DNA of 64,000 nt, taken from positions 2,192 to 66,191 of IMG/VR virus record IMGVR_UViG_3300008954_000046; one strand, 5' to 3'. The position numbers were made by a program, and so were the translations under genes. The notes beneath the pieces were generated by a model. That model was not told the origin of the DNA, made no database searches, and saw only the letters and a list, made by a program, of their open reading frames with translations. Position 1 is the first letter of the stretch, and every line of letters starts with the position of its first letter. Source of the DNA: a virus. Its lineage: Duplodnaviria; Caudoviricetes. Positions 47,923 to 55,679 of this stretch are shown here, in pieces.

Positions 47923-49733
47923 TATTTATTTTTTTTTCTAGATTTTTGTAAACTCTTACATCTAGTTTTGTCCGTATTTAAATAAAGATTTGCTCCTTGG
48001 GCGTAGTTTTTAGTTTTTAATGCTTTTTCTACACATTCACAAGTTACTTTTCCACCACAGTAGTTAGTCAACTTATCGTCTTTCGCATCTTTATAAGCAC
48101 CACCAATCCAGTTCTTTTTTTCTAATAGAACTTTTCGTGCGTCTGCAAACTGTTTGTTTATTCTTTCTTGTATAGTAAGTTTTTTAGGACGTTCCGATAT
48201 TGCTCTTTCTATTACTTTTCTTAACTTTTCTTCCGTTAATTTTATAACTTTTCTATTTTTCATAATTTTTTTATTTTCTGTGACGAATCCACTACCCGCT
48301 TTATTAGTTTTACCTTTACCTTTACCCTTACCTTTACCACTTGCAGCTTGTGAACCAAACGGTGCTCCTACAGCTCCACTTCCTAATCCACTTTTTGCTT
48401 TAGGACCTTTTCTTATTGTTCGTGCTTTTATTTCTTTATTTCTGGCAGCTAAGTTCGTGTCTTGTTGTGCCCATACTGCACTTTGGTAGGCTGCCTGATT
48501 TGGATAATCTGACATAACTTTACCTACTTCACCTTGTTGTCCTCTAGTATGACCCGCTTGTCCCCACCAACTCTGTGCATCTTGAGCCGCTTGACTCGCA
48601 GTAGTATAGTCCGCTTCACTAGGGTAGGACGCATATGATACTCCATAAGGGTCAGCAGCAGTTTCTCCATATGTTCCCCAATACCAAGGATTAGAGGAAG
48701 TACCACCCCATGCTCCTGAATCTCTGACAGTAAAGATATTTCCTCCTGGGTTACTAAGACCATAAGCACCACTACTCGGTGACCTATACGAAAGACCTTC
48801 TCTTCCACTTACACCTCTATAAATGTTAATCCCACCTCCAGAATCTGTATCTTGTGCTTGAGCTAATTGTTCTGCATCATAGGAAAATCCACCATCCCTA
48901 TCTTCAGTTGGTGAAACCGCTCTACCATCTTGAGTATAGACAGCATATATATTTTCTGGTGAATCACTTAATCCGTCACCGACACTATGTGCCCATGTAG
49001 TAGTGAAGGCTCTTCCATCGTCCCCCGTCATTACTCCAGGTTGTGCTGGTGGGTCTGCAGCTTCAAAACCGTCATCACCATGACCTTCAGTTAATCTTTG
49101 AACATCTTTATAAGACATCCCTTCTTCAAATAAAATCATTTGTTGAATACGGTCGATTTGTTCATTAAATTTTTTCATATCTTTTATATTTTCGTTTATA
49201 TTATAAATATTAGGCTTTTTCTCTAAGTTAGGGTTAATTGGAGCGTAGCCTACTAAAGGTAAATCCTTATCAGACTTATCCACCTCTATTTTCTTATTTA
49301 GATGGTCATTACCTGTCCATCCATCATTTTTTACTTTAAGAAATCCTCCTTTTTTATGGCTTTTGGTATCATTATTAGGATTCTCACTCCAATTTACTTT
49401 ATCCTTCCCTTCCATACCATGTTTTTCTATATGGTCATCACTTGTTTGTTCATCATGAGGATTAAGATAATCTTTATCAGGGTGTAAAGGACGTTTATTA
49501 CTTTCTACGTCATTAAAACTTTGACTTTGAAACCACGCTTCCCCTTCATGTGAAGGATTATCATATTTTAATCTTGCTCCATCCTTATCATATCCACCTT
49601 CAGGCCATCCACTAGTTATCTCAAATTCCTGAGGTTTATCCGTTCCAGCTCTTTTTGCGTTAGATTTACTTTTTCCCACACCTATAGTGTAGTTAGATTT
49701 AGATTTATCGTGTGCAGATTTTTTTTCTATCAT
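47922..49733 (-). CDS. low-complexity modular late protein (putative head-packaged, nested starts)
   Basis: 603 aa; late box upstream and a second late box inside; modules MKKFNEQIDRIQQMI and MKNRKVIKLTEEKLRKVIERAISE. Confidence 0.7.
   Translation of the reverse strand: MIEKKSAHDKSKSNYTIGVGKSKSNAKRAGTDKPQEFEITSGWPEGGYDKDGARLKYDNPSHEGEAWFQSQSFNDVESNKRPLHPDKDYLNPHDEQTSDDHIEKHGMEGKDKVNWSENPNNDTKSHKKGGFLKVKNDGWTGNDHLNKKIEVDKSDKDLPLVGYAPINPNLEKKPNIYNINENIKDMKKFNEQIDRIQQMILFEEGMSYKDVQRLTEGHGDDGFEAADPPAQPGVMTGDDGRAFTTTWAHSVGDGLSDSPENIYAVYTQDGRAVSPTEDRDGGFSYDAEQLAQAQDTDSGGGINIYRGVSGREGLSYRSPSSGAYGLSNPGGNIFTVRDSGAWGGTSSNPWYWGTYGETAADPYGVSYASYPSEADYTTASQAAQDAQSWWGQAGHTRGQQGEVGKVMSDYPNQAAYQSAVWAQQDTNLAARNKEIKARTIRKGPKAKSGLGSGAVGAPFGSQAASGKGKGKGKGKTNKAGSGFVTENKKIMKNRKVIKLTEEKLRKVIERAISERPKKLTIQERINKQFADARKVLLEKKNWIGGAYKDAKDDKLTNYCGGKVTCECVEKALKTKNYAQGANLYLNTDKTRCKSLQKSRKKNK
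49203..49209 (-). promoter_or_regulatory. intragenic TATTTAT box
   Basis: Minus strand TATTTATaatataaacgaaaatataaaagatATG; 24 nt before an in-frame ATG at 49178. Confidence 0.5.
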
Positions 49734-49737
49734 TATC

Positions 49738-49769
49738 GTTGTTTATATAAATAAATATACCTATCTTTG
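49738..49769 (+). promoter_or_regulatory. Bacteroidota-type housekeeping promoter (TTG ... TATCTTTG)
   Basis: TATCTTTG at 49762-49769 matches the TAnnTTTG -7 element; GTTG lies 20 nt upstream; it overlaps the divergent late box. Confidence 0.55.
49747..49757 (-). promoter_or_regulatory. TATTTAT box(es) for the minus-strand late genes
   Basis: Plus-strand ATAAATAAATA gives two overlapping minus-strand TATTTAT copies 13-17 nt before ATG 49733. Confidence 0.6.
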
Positions 49770-49789
49770 TCTTACTAAAAATTTATAAA

Positions 49790-50317
49790 ATGAAAAATAA
49801 AAATAAAAGAAATAAGGAGTATCTTTTAATGGTAATGGGATACTGGAGTGATATCACTGACATTATTACGGAACTCATTGAGGTATTAACTCCTGTCACG
49901 TCTGGTCCAAGAACAATTAAATATGTCCATGCGGATAATGCTCTTATTTGTATCTTTCGGAGTAAAGAGGATTTTGCAGAGATAAATGATTATTTTGATA
50001 GTGCATTTAGAGATATTGTAGAGGTTTATATTCTTTCCCCAAAAACAAGAAACTTTGGAATTAGAATGGAAGAAAGTTTAAAACATCACCTTTTAAGTAG
50101 TAAAGCACCACGAAATGATGATGGTGTAGTATTACAAAATCTAAAAGATTTAATAAAAACTAAGGAAAATCCAGAACAAAGTAGCGAAGAAGTACGTATA
50201 CCAAAGAAACCCGTTGTTTTGGATTTAGACACAATTTTAGATAAAATTAGTGCAGAAGGAATAGACTCCTTAACTCCCGAAGAAAAATCATTTTTAAAAG
50301 ACCAAAGTAAAAACTGA
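49790..50317 (+). CDS. hypothetical protein with C-terminal DUF6576-like motif
   Basis: LDTILDKISAEGIDSLTPEEKSFL resembles the C-terminal tail of Bacteroidota rhomboid proteases. Confidence 0.65.
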   Translation: MKNKNKRNKEYLLMVMGYWSDITDIITELIEVLTPVTSGPRTIKYVHADNALICIFRSKEDFAEINDYFDSAFRDIVEVYILSPKTRNFGIRMEESLKHHLLSSKAPRNDDGVVLQNLKDLIKTKENPEQSSEEVRIPKKPVVLDLDTILDKISAEGIDSLTPEEKSFLKDQSKN

Positions 50318-50356
50318 CAAACTGTCAGGTCTACCCCTAGTGGTACACTTATTGTA
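50314..50356 (+). promoter_or_regulatory. palindromic operator CTGACA-N3-TGTCAG plus sigma54-like -24/-12 site
   Basis: Perfect 6-3-6 inverted repeat at 50314-50328; TGGTACacttaTTGTA at 50341-50356 (GG-N10-GT). Confidence 0.55.
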
Positions 50357-50378
50357 TAACCTTTATATAAAAAACTAT

Positions 50379-51179
50379 ATGCGAAAATCAAGAACTTACA
50401 TAAATCAAGACGAAATACAACATTATCTTAAAGATGTTAGAAAGTTGAAAGTATTAACACCTGCTCGAGAAAAAGAACTATCTAAAATAATTCAGAGTAA
50501 AGATGTTACCACACAACAAAAAGACTCTATTGAAAGAGAATTAATGGAAGGAAACTTACGTTTTGTTATTAGTGTGGCCAAAGATTATCAAAATCAAGGA
50601 ATTGATTTGCCAGACTTAATAGCAGAAGGAAATATCGGTTTAATGAAGGCCATCAACAATTTTGATTGGGCCCGAGGATATAGATTTATTTCATATGCGG
50701 TATGGTGGATTAAACAATCCATTCTCCAATCACTAAATGAACATGCACGAACAATTAGACTTCCAGCAAACATAGTACAGGAATTACATAGAGCTAAAAA
50801 AGCTGTAGATGGAGAAGTTTCTCAACTACAAGGTAAACTGAGTATGTTACCTACCACCATTAATTTAAGTAAACCTATAAACGAAGATGGAGACACTCTA
50901 ATCGAACTAATACCTAATGACCAATCAGACGCACCAGACGCTCAATATTTTAATAATGATAGTTTAAAACAAGAATTAATTGAAATTATGTCAGTATTAG
51001 ATGAGAGGGAAGGGGTAATTGTTAAAGAATATTTTGGACTAGTAGGTTACCCTAAAACACTAGCAGAAATAGGAGAAGACTTTAGTTTAACAAAAGAAAG
51101 GGTAAGACAAATTAAAGAAAAAGCTTTAAGAAAATTAAGAAATGAGAGTGAAACTTTACTTGACTACATGAGCCGTTAA
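50379..51179 (+). CDS. RNA polymerase sigma-70 factor, RpoD-type lacking region 1.1 (Bacteroidota-like)
   Basis: NLRFVISVAKDYQNQG..LPDLIAEGNIGLMKA..FD..RGYRFISYAVWWIKQSI, RTIRLP, region 4 TLAEIGEDFSLTKERVRQIKEKALRKLR; ATG 50379 preferred. Confidence 0.93.
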   Translation: MRKSRTYINQDEIQHYLKDVRKLKVLTPAREKELSKIIQSKDVTTQQKDSIERELMEGNLRFVISVAKDYQNQGIDLPDLIAEGNIGLMKAINNFDWARGYRFISYAVWWIKQSILQSLNEHARTIRLPANIVQELHRAKKAVDGEVSQLQGKLSMLPTTINLSKPINEDGDTLIELIPNDQSDAPDAQYFNNDSLKQELIEIMSVLDEREGVIVKEYFGLVGYPKTLAEIGEDFSLTKERVRQIKEKALRKLRNESETLLDYMSR

Positions 51180-51187
51180 TATTTATA
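51180..51187 (+). promoter_or_regulatory. TATTTATA box (putative late promoter)
   Basis: 17 nt before ATG 51204, which starts the lysis-like cluster. Confidence 0.62.
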
Positions 51188-51203
51188 TAGAAAACGGTTA
51201 ACT

Positions 51204-52589
51204 ATGAAAAAAAGATTTTTTCCTTTTATTATCGCTCTAACAGCACTGGCAGTTTCAGGTTCAGCAGCATTTTATTCGGTATTTGGATTGAGTAAACTCT
51301 TCGCAGGAGCTTCCACTCAAGTAATAATAATGGCGGGTTCTTTAGAATTTGCAAAACTTGTGGTAGCATCTTTATTGTACCAATATTGGAAAACAATAAA
51401 TACATTTTTAAAAGGTTATCTAATGATAGCCTGTTTTGTTTTAATGGTAATTACGTCTGGGGGAATATACGGATTCTTATCAGGAGCCTATCAATCAACC
51501 GCAACTCAATCTGAATTACTAGATAAATCATTAGCTATATTAGAACAAAAACAAGTTAGGTTTGAAGAAACCAAAGAAGATTTACTATTAGAGAAAACTC
51601 AAATAAACCAAACTATTTCTGATTTAAGAACATCACTTTCAAATCCAACTCAGGTATCGTGGTATGACAAAGAGGCAGAACAAGTAATTACGACAACATC
51701 TAGTTCAGCAAGAAGAGCATTACAAGCAGAATTAAAAACTACAATTGAAGATAGAGATGTTCTTAATATAAAGTTAGAAGCTATATTAGATTCTATAAAC
51801 AAAACAGACATGGCTTTATTAGAAAAAGAAATAGACAATGAAGACCAAAGAGAATTAGGTCCCCTTAAATATTTGGCTAAAATTACAGGATGGCCAATGG
51901 ACCAAGTTGTTAATTGGTTTTTACTTTTAATTATATTCGTCTTTGACCCATTAGCTATTGCACTGGTAGTAGCTGCAAATTTTGCATTTGCACAGATAAA
52001 AGGTGGACGTAAGGAAGAAGAGGTAGAAGTTCCTTCACCCCACTACACACCACAACCTATAGTTCCACGAGATGTTGTAATGGAAGAGCTAAGTCAAACA
52101 GAAATATCTAGAGAGTTAGATAAAAATAATGAAGAAGAGGTAGAGAACTCAGAAAGTGAACCATTACCTGAAAATGTAGTATGGACAAATCCACCAGAAG
52201 GATTACAACCCATCAAACCAACTAAAGAAGAGTTAGAAAAATTAGAGTCTTTTTTAGCTGAGTTAAAACCAGTAGAAAAAAAAGAAGAGGAACCCATTAA
52301 AGATATGGAGCCCCCAGTAGGATTAAGAGAAAAAGATAATATAACTGAACCATTTGAATTACTTAAACAAAGAGTAAAAGAAAATCAGGATAAATTAAAG
52401 GATGTTGCTAATTCATCTCTCGATAAAGAGGACGAATCCGATTCAGCTGATACAGACGATATAGAAAAAGAAGTGAAATTAGATAAAAAAATAACTTTAG
52501 AATCCTTAGATAGTGACTTACCTTTAAAAATAGAGGATAAACTAACTCAAAAAGAAAGAAAAGTTTTAAAATATAAGAAAAGAAAATGA
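51204..52589 (+). CDS. membrane protein: 3 N-terminal TM helices, coiled coil, a further TM helix, acidic tail
   Basis: Hydrophobic segments, LGPLKYLA and IIFVFDPLAIAL motifs. Confidence 0.7.
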   Translation: MKKRFFPFIIALTALAVSGSAAFYSVFGLSKLFAGASTQVIIMAGSLEFAKLVVASLLYQYWKTINTFLKGYLMIACFVLMVITSGGIYGFLSGAYQSTATQSELLDKSLAILEQKQVRFEETKEDLLLEKTQINQTISDLRTSLSNPTQVSWYDKEAEQVITTTSSSARRALQAELKTTIEDRDVLNIKLEAILDSINKTDMALLEKEIDNEDQRELGPLKYLAKITGWPMDQVVNWFLLLIIFVFDPLAIALVVAANFAFAQIKGGRKEEEVEVPSPHYTPQPIVPRDVVMEELSQTEISRELDKNNEEEVENSESEPLPENVVWTNPPEGLQPIKPTKEELEKLESFLAELKPVEKKEEEPIKDMEPPVGLREKDNITEPFELLKQRVKENQDKLKDVANSSLDKEDESDSADTDDIEKEVKLDKKITLESLDSDLPLKIEDKLTQKERKVLKYKKRK

Positions 52590-53188
52590 TAGAGACTACT
52601 GACATACAAGATACGTTCTATTCTGTAGATGTGGGGAAACCTAAAACACAGATAATATTATGTCATAGTGGAAGAGATATCATAAATTACTATAATAGTC
52701 TAAAGTATCGAATGGATGGAAAATATTCTAAAATTCCCCATTTTCTAATTACTAGACAAGGAAAAGTTATTGAGTTAATCCCACCAACCCACACTTCTAA
52801 TTTTTTTGGACAATCAGATGTAGATGACTGTGGAGTATTTATAGTATTAGAAAATATGGGATGGTTAAAAAAGAACAGCAAAAATAATAGATACACCAAC
52901 TGGATTGGTGATACTTATAGAGGAGAGGTTCTACAAAAAAAATGGAGAGACCATTTTTTCTGGGCAACTTATACAGAAGAACAATTAAATACATGTGCAA
53001 ACGTAATAAATAAGTTAAAAGAAGATATGGGATTAGAACTAGACATGGTAGGACATAATGTAAGAGTTGAAGGTATAAATAAATTTAAAGGATTAGTTAG
53101 TCGAAGTAACTATAATAATTTCTGGACAGATGTTAGTCCAGCATTTAATTTTGAAGAATTAAAAAATAGAATAACCAATGAAAAATAA
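52586..53188 (+). CDS. N-acetylmuramoyl-L-alanine amidase (Amidase_2-like), putative endolysin
   Basis: QIILCHS, PHFLITRQGKVIELI, IVLENMG, YTEEQL, GHN, TDVSPAF. Confidence 0.75.
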   Translation: MIETTDIQDTFYSVDVGKPKTQIILCHSGRDIINYYNSLKYRMDGKYSKIPHFLITRQGKVIELIPPTHTSNFFGQSDVDDCGVFIVLENMGWLKKNSKNNRYTNWIGDTYRGEVLQKKWRDHFFWATYTEEQLNTCANVINKLKEDMGLELDMVGHNVRVEGINKFKGLVSRSNYNNFWTDVSPAFNFEELKNRITNEK

Positions 53189-53720
53189 CAGTAGAAGTTT
53201 ATTAGTTGATAATGCATATGACGATATAAAGAATATGATAGCGGTAAGTAGAAATGCTATAAGGGAACAACAAGAAGAAGTGGAAACAGATGAGTTTGCA
53301 GAAAAAAAGAAAAAAGAGAAATCAAAAGAATATGTTGTGAGTGGAGGTAAAATAATTGTTCATGGAACTACACCACAAGAACTTAATCTAACGGGTGAAG
53401 AGAAATCCGCATTTCAAGAAACAATGGATGGATTTATAGAACAAGTTGCAGACTTAGTAGATTTTAACATTCTTAATATCTATGAAAATAATATAGAATG
53501 GTCAGGTACCCTAATAAAATTTGACTTAGAATTCTTCTATGCTGTGGGAGAAACAAACGGAGTATACATTAACGGGTCTATGATTAAAATAGATGATGAT
53601 TTTAGTGTGATGTTAGACAAATTAACTCAATATTATGATGTCTTTTCTACTAAATGGGCTCAAGTATTAGCAGGTAGAAAGAAAACTGAGGAAGAGACAG
53701 ACCAAGAATTAGAAGCTTAA
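53178..53720 (+). CDS. acidic hypothetical protein
   Basis: 180-aa ORF overlapping the amidase stop; YDDIKNMI..SRNAIREQ leader. Confidence 0.65.
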   Translation: MKNNSRSLLVDNAYDDIKNMIAVSRNAIREQQEEVETDEFAEKKKKEKSKEYVVSGGKIIVHGTTPQELNLTGEEKSAFQETMDGFIEQVADLVDFNILNIYENNIEWSGTLIKFDLEFFYAVGETNGVYINGSMIKIDDDFSVMLDKLTQYYDVFSTKWAQVLAGRKKTEEETDQELEA

Positions 53721-53730
53721 AAGAGAAATT

Positions 53731-54045
53731 ATGGAATTTATTAAAAAATTTTGGAAATATATTGTAGGAACTGTAGGGTTCTTCATCGGACTAGTTTGGT
53801 TCATGAATAAAAATACTAGTAGAAAGGTAAAGAAAATAAAGAAAAACATAAAATCTAATGAGAAGCAAACTAAAGAAGTTGATAAAAAGATTAACCAAGT
53901 AAAAAAAGAAAAGGTAGTAACTAAAAAGAAAATAGCCAAAACCAACCAAGACCTTAAAAACGTAAGAAAGAAAAAACCAAAGGTAAAAAAGAAATCGGGT
54001 AATAATGCTGCAAAATCAGTTAGGAATAGATTAAAGAAAAAATGA
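53731..54045 (+). CDS. N-terminally anchored basic coiled-coil membrane protein (i-spanin-like)
   Basis: One TM helix (YIVGTVGFFIGLVWF) then a Lys-rich helical tail; near the endolysin. Confidence 0.5.
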   Translation: MEFIKKFWKYIVGTVGFFIGLVWFMNKNTSRKVKKIKKNIKSNEKQTKEVDKKINQVKKEKVVTKKKIAKTNQDLKNVRKKKPKVKKKSGNNAAKSVRNRLKKK

Positions 54046-54416
54046 AAAAATTAATTATTATTTTAATGTTGTTAACCCCAGTATGGGCCTTTACACAAAC
54101 CCACACTCTAACAGATAAAGAAATGGTAGGAATAGACTCCCTATTTCAAGTATATGAACAAACCGATAGTTTACAAAAACTAGAAATTAAGTTACTAAAC
54201 ACCCAACTACTTAACTATAAAAGATTACACCACCAAGATAGTTTAGAGTTACATTTTATGAATGAAAAAACAAACCTATTGTCCCAGAGAATAGATTTAT
54301 ATATTGACTTAACAGATGAGTTAAAACCTAAATGGTACAATAAACCTATCATTCATTTTTTTCTGGGAGCAGCTACCATCACTACCGCCGCAATAGTCCT
54401 AGATAAAATCCAGTAG
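54042..54416 (+). CDS. secreted coiled-coil protein with C-terminal hydrophobic helix (spanin-like)
   Basis: Signal peptide MKKLIIILMLLTPVWAFT|Q; C-terminal KWYNKPIIHFFLGAATITTAAIVL; ATGA overlap with the previous gene. Confidence 0.5.
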   Translation: MKKLIIILMLLTPVWAFTQTHTLTDKEMVGIDSLFQVYEQTDSLQKLEIKLLNTQLLNYKRLHHQDSLELHFMNEKTNLLSQRIDLYIDLTDELKPKWYNKPIIHFFLGAATITTAAIVLDKIQ

Positions 54417-54433
54417 TTATCTTACCTTCCTTA

Positions 54434-54441
54434 TATTTATA
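54434..54441 (+). promoter_or_regulatory. TATTTATA box (putative late promoter)
   Basis: 16 nt before ATG 54457. Confidence 0.62.
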
Positions 54442-54456
54442 TATAAAACTATATTA

Positions 54457-54714
54457 ATGGCTTTAACAGCAACCGATAAAAAAGAAATTGAAAGAATCTC
54501 AAGGAATGAAATTAAAGACTTCCTTAAGAAAGCCCAATTTAAAAATACAGTCATAGATTTAGTGGGTAAAGAACTTGCTGCGTCGAATTCCAAATTTTCA
54601 CGTGAGCATAAAAAAAGAGTGGTAGATATTAGTACTAAAGTATTGATAGAACTTTATAGAACTTTTTGGTTAAGAAGAAGTTTTTGGGAACCACAACTTA
54701 AGAATGTACGATAA
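54457..54714 (+). CDS. hypothetical late protein
   Basis: 85 aa, follows a late box, TAATG-coupled to the next gene. Confidence 0.65.
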   Translation: MALTATDKKEIERISRNEIKDFLKKAQFKNTVIDLVGKELAASNSKFSREHKKRVVDISTKVLIELYRTFWLRRSFWEPQLKNVR

Positions 54715-55649
54715 TGACAGATGTAAGGACAGGGATAAACAAAGCAACCCAATTCAATAAGACTGTAGAACAGGGTGTAGATAATGCATTACAACAATAC
54801 GGAAGAGGAGACTCTTACTTTACTGTAAAAAAAGCGTTAGATTCAGATATTGATATTAATGATTTAAATGAAGAAAATGAGGAAGAAATGGATGAACAAA
54901 CAATGACAGGAGGTTCTTCTGGAGCTTATGAGATGCCATTTCCTGGAATATCACAAAGTACTAAAAGAAAAACTAAGAAGAAAAAATCTGGAATCCCAAA
55001 CTGGGAACCAACAACCTCTATTACTGAAGCAAAGAAAAAATGTCCCAAAGGAGAGTACTGGTGTTCAACAGATAAAATTTGTAAACCAGAATCCCAGAGA
55101 AAGAATAAGGAAGAAGAGATGGGAGAACAAACTGGGTCAGGTTCTTCAGGAGCATATTCACAACCTGCAATTTGGGCAAAAAACAAATCTAATTGGAGAG
55201 CAGTAAGTGACCCTAATTTCCCTAAATGGGGTGGCCCTGGTGGTACATATGTAAAAGTAAAAGATAAGTGTAGAAAATTCCCATATTGTAATCAGGGAGA
55301 AATTAGTTCTCTAGAGTTTTATGAGAGTGGTAAATTAATGGAAAGTATTATGAGAGTTGCAAAACAGAAAAACAGACCTACATCATATGTCCTTAATATA
55401 GTTAGAGAATCAATGAAGGATAGTAATTTAGGTAAAAAATTAAAAATAAAGAGTGATAAGAAATCTAAAGAATCAGAAAGTAAGAATAAGAGGTATAAAA
55501 AATCAGAATTAGAAGAAATAATTACAAGAGGATTTTATAAATCTCCTGTTACTGACCCTGCCGCTGGAATCGTAGGTGTAGCATCAATGAACCTCCCAAC
55601 AGGAAAAATGTATTCATTTAAAGGTAATAAACCTAAATATGAACAATAA
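54714..55649 (+). CDS. hypothetical late protein with duplicated EEM.EQT..GSSGAY motif
   Basis: EEEMDEQTMTGGSSGAYEMP and EEEMGEQTGSGSSGAYSQP; small CPKGEYWC...C module. Confidence 0.65.
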   Translation: MTDVRTGINKATQFNKTVEQGVDNALQQYGRGDSYFTVKKALDSDIDINDLNEENEEEMDEQTMTGGSSGAYEMPFPGISQSTKRKTKKKKSGIPNWEPTTSITEAKKKCPKGEYWCSTDKICKPESQRKNKEEEMGEQTGSGSSGAYSQPAIWAKNKSNWRAVSDPNFPKWGGPGGTYVKVKDKCRKFPYCNQGEISSLEFYESGKLMESIMRVAKQKNRPTSYVLNIVRESMKDSNLGKKLKIKSDKKSKESESKNKRYKKSELEEIITRGFYKSPVTDPAAGIVGVASMNLPTGKMYSFKGNKPKYEQ

Positions 55650-55654
55650 ACATA

Positions 55655-55662
55655 TATTTATA
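55655..55662 (+). promoter_or_regulatory. TATTTATA box (putative late promoter)
   Basis: 18 nt before ATG 55680. Confidence 0.62.
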
Positions 55663-55679
55663 TAAAAATAAAAGAAACT

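Noticed and set aside
48300-48340. TTTACC hexamer tandem repeat
   Set aside because: Simply encodes the GKGKGKGK tract of the minus-strand protein.
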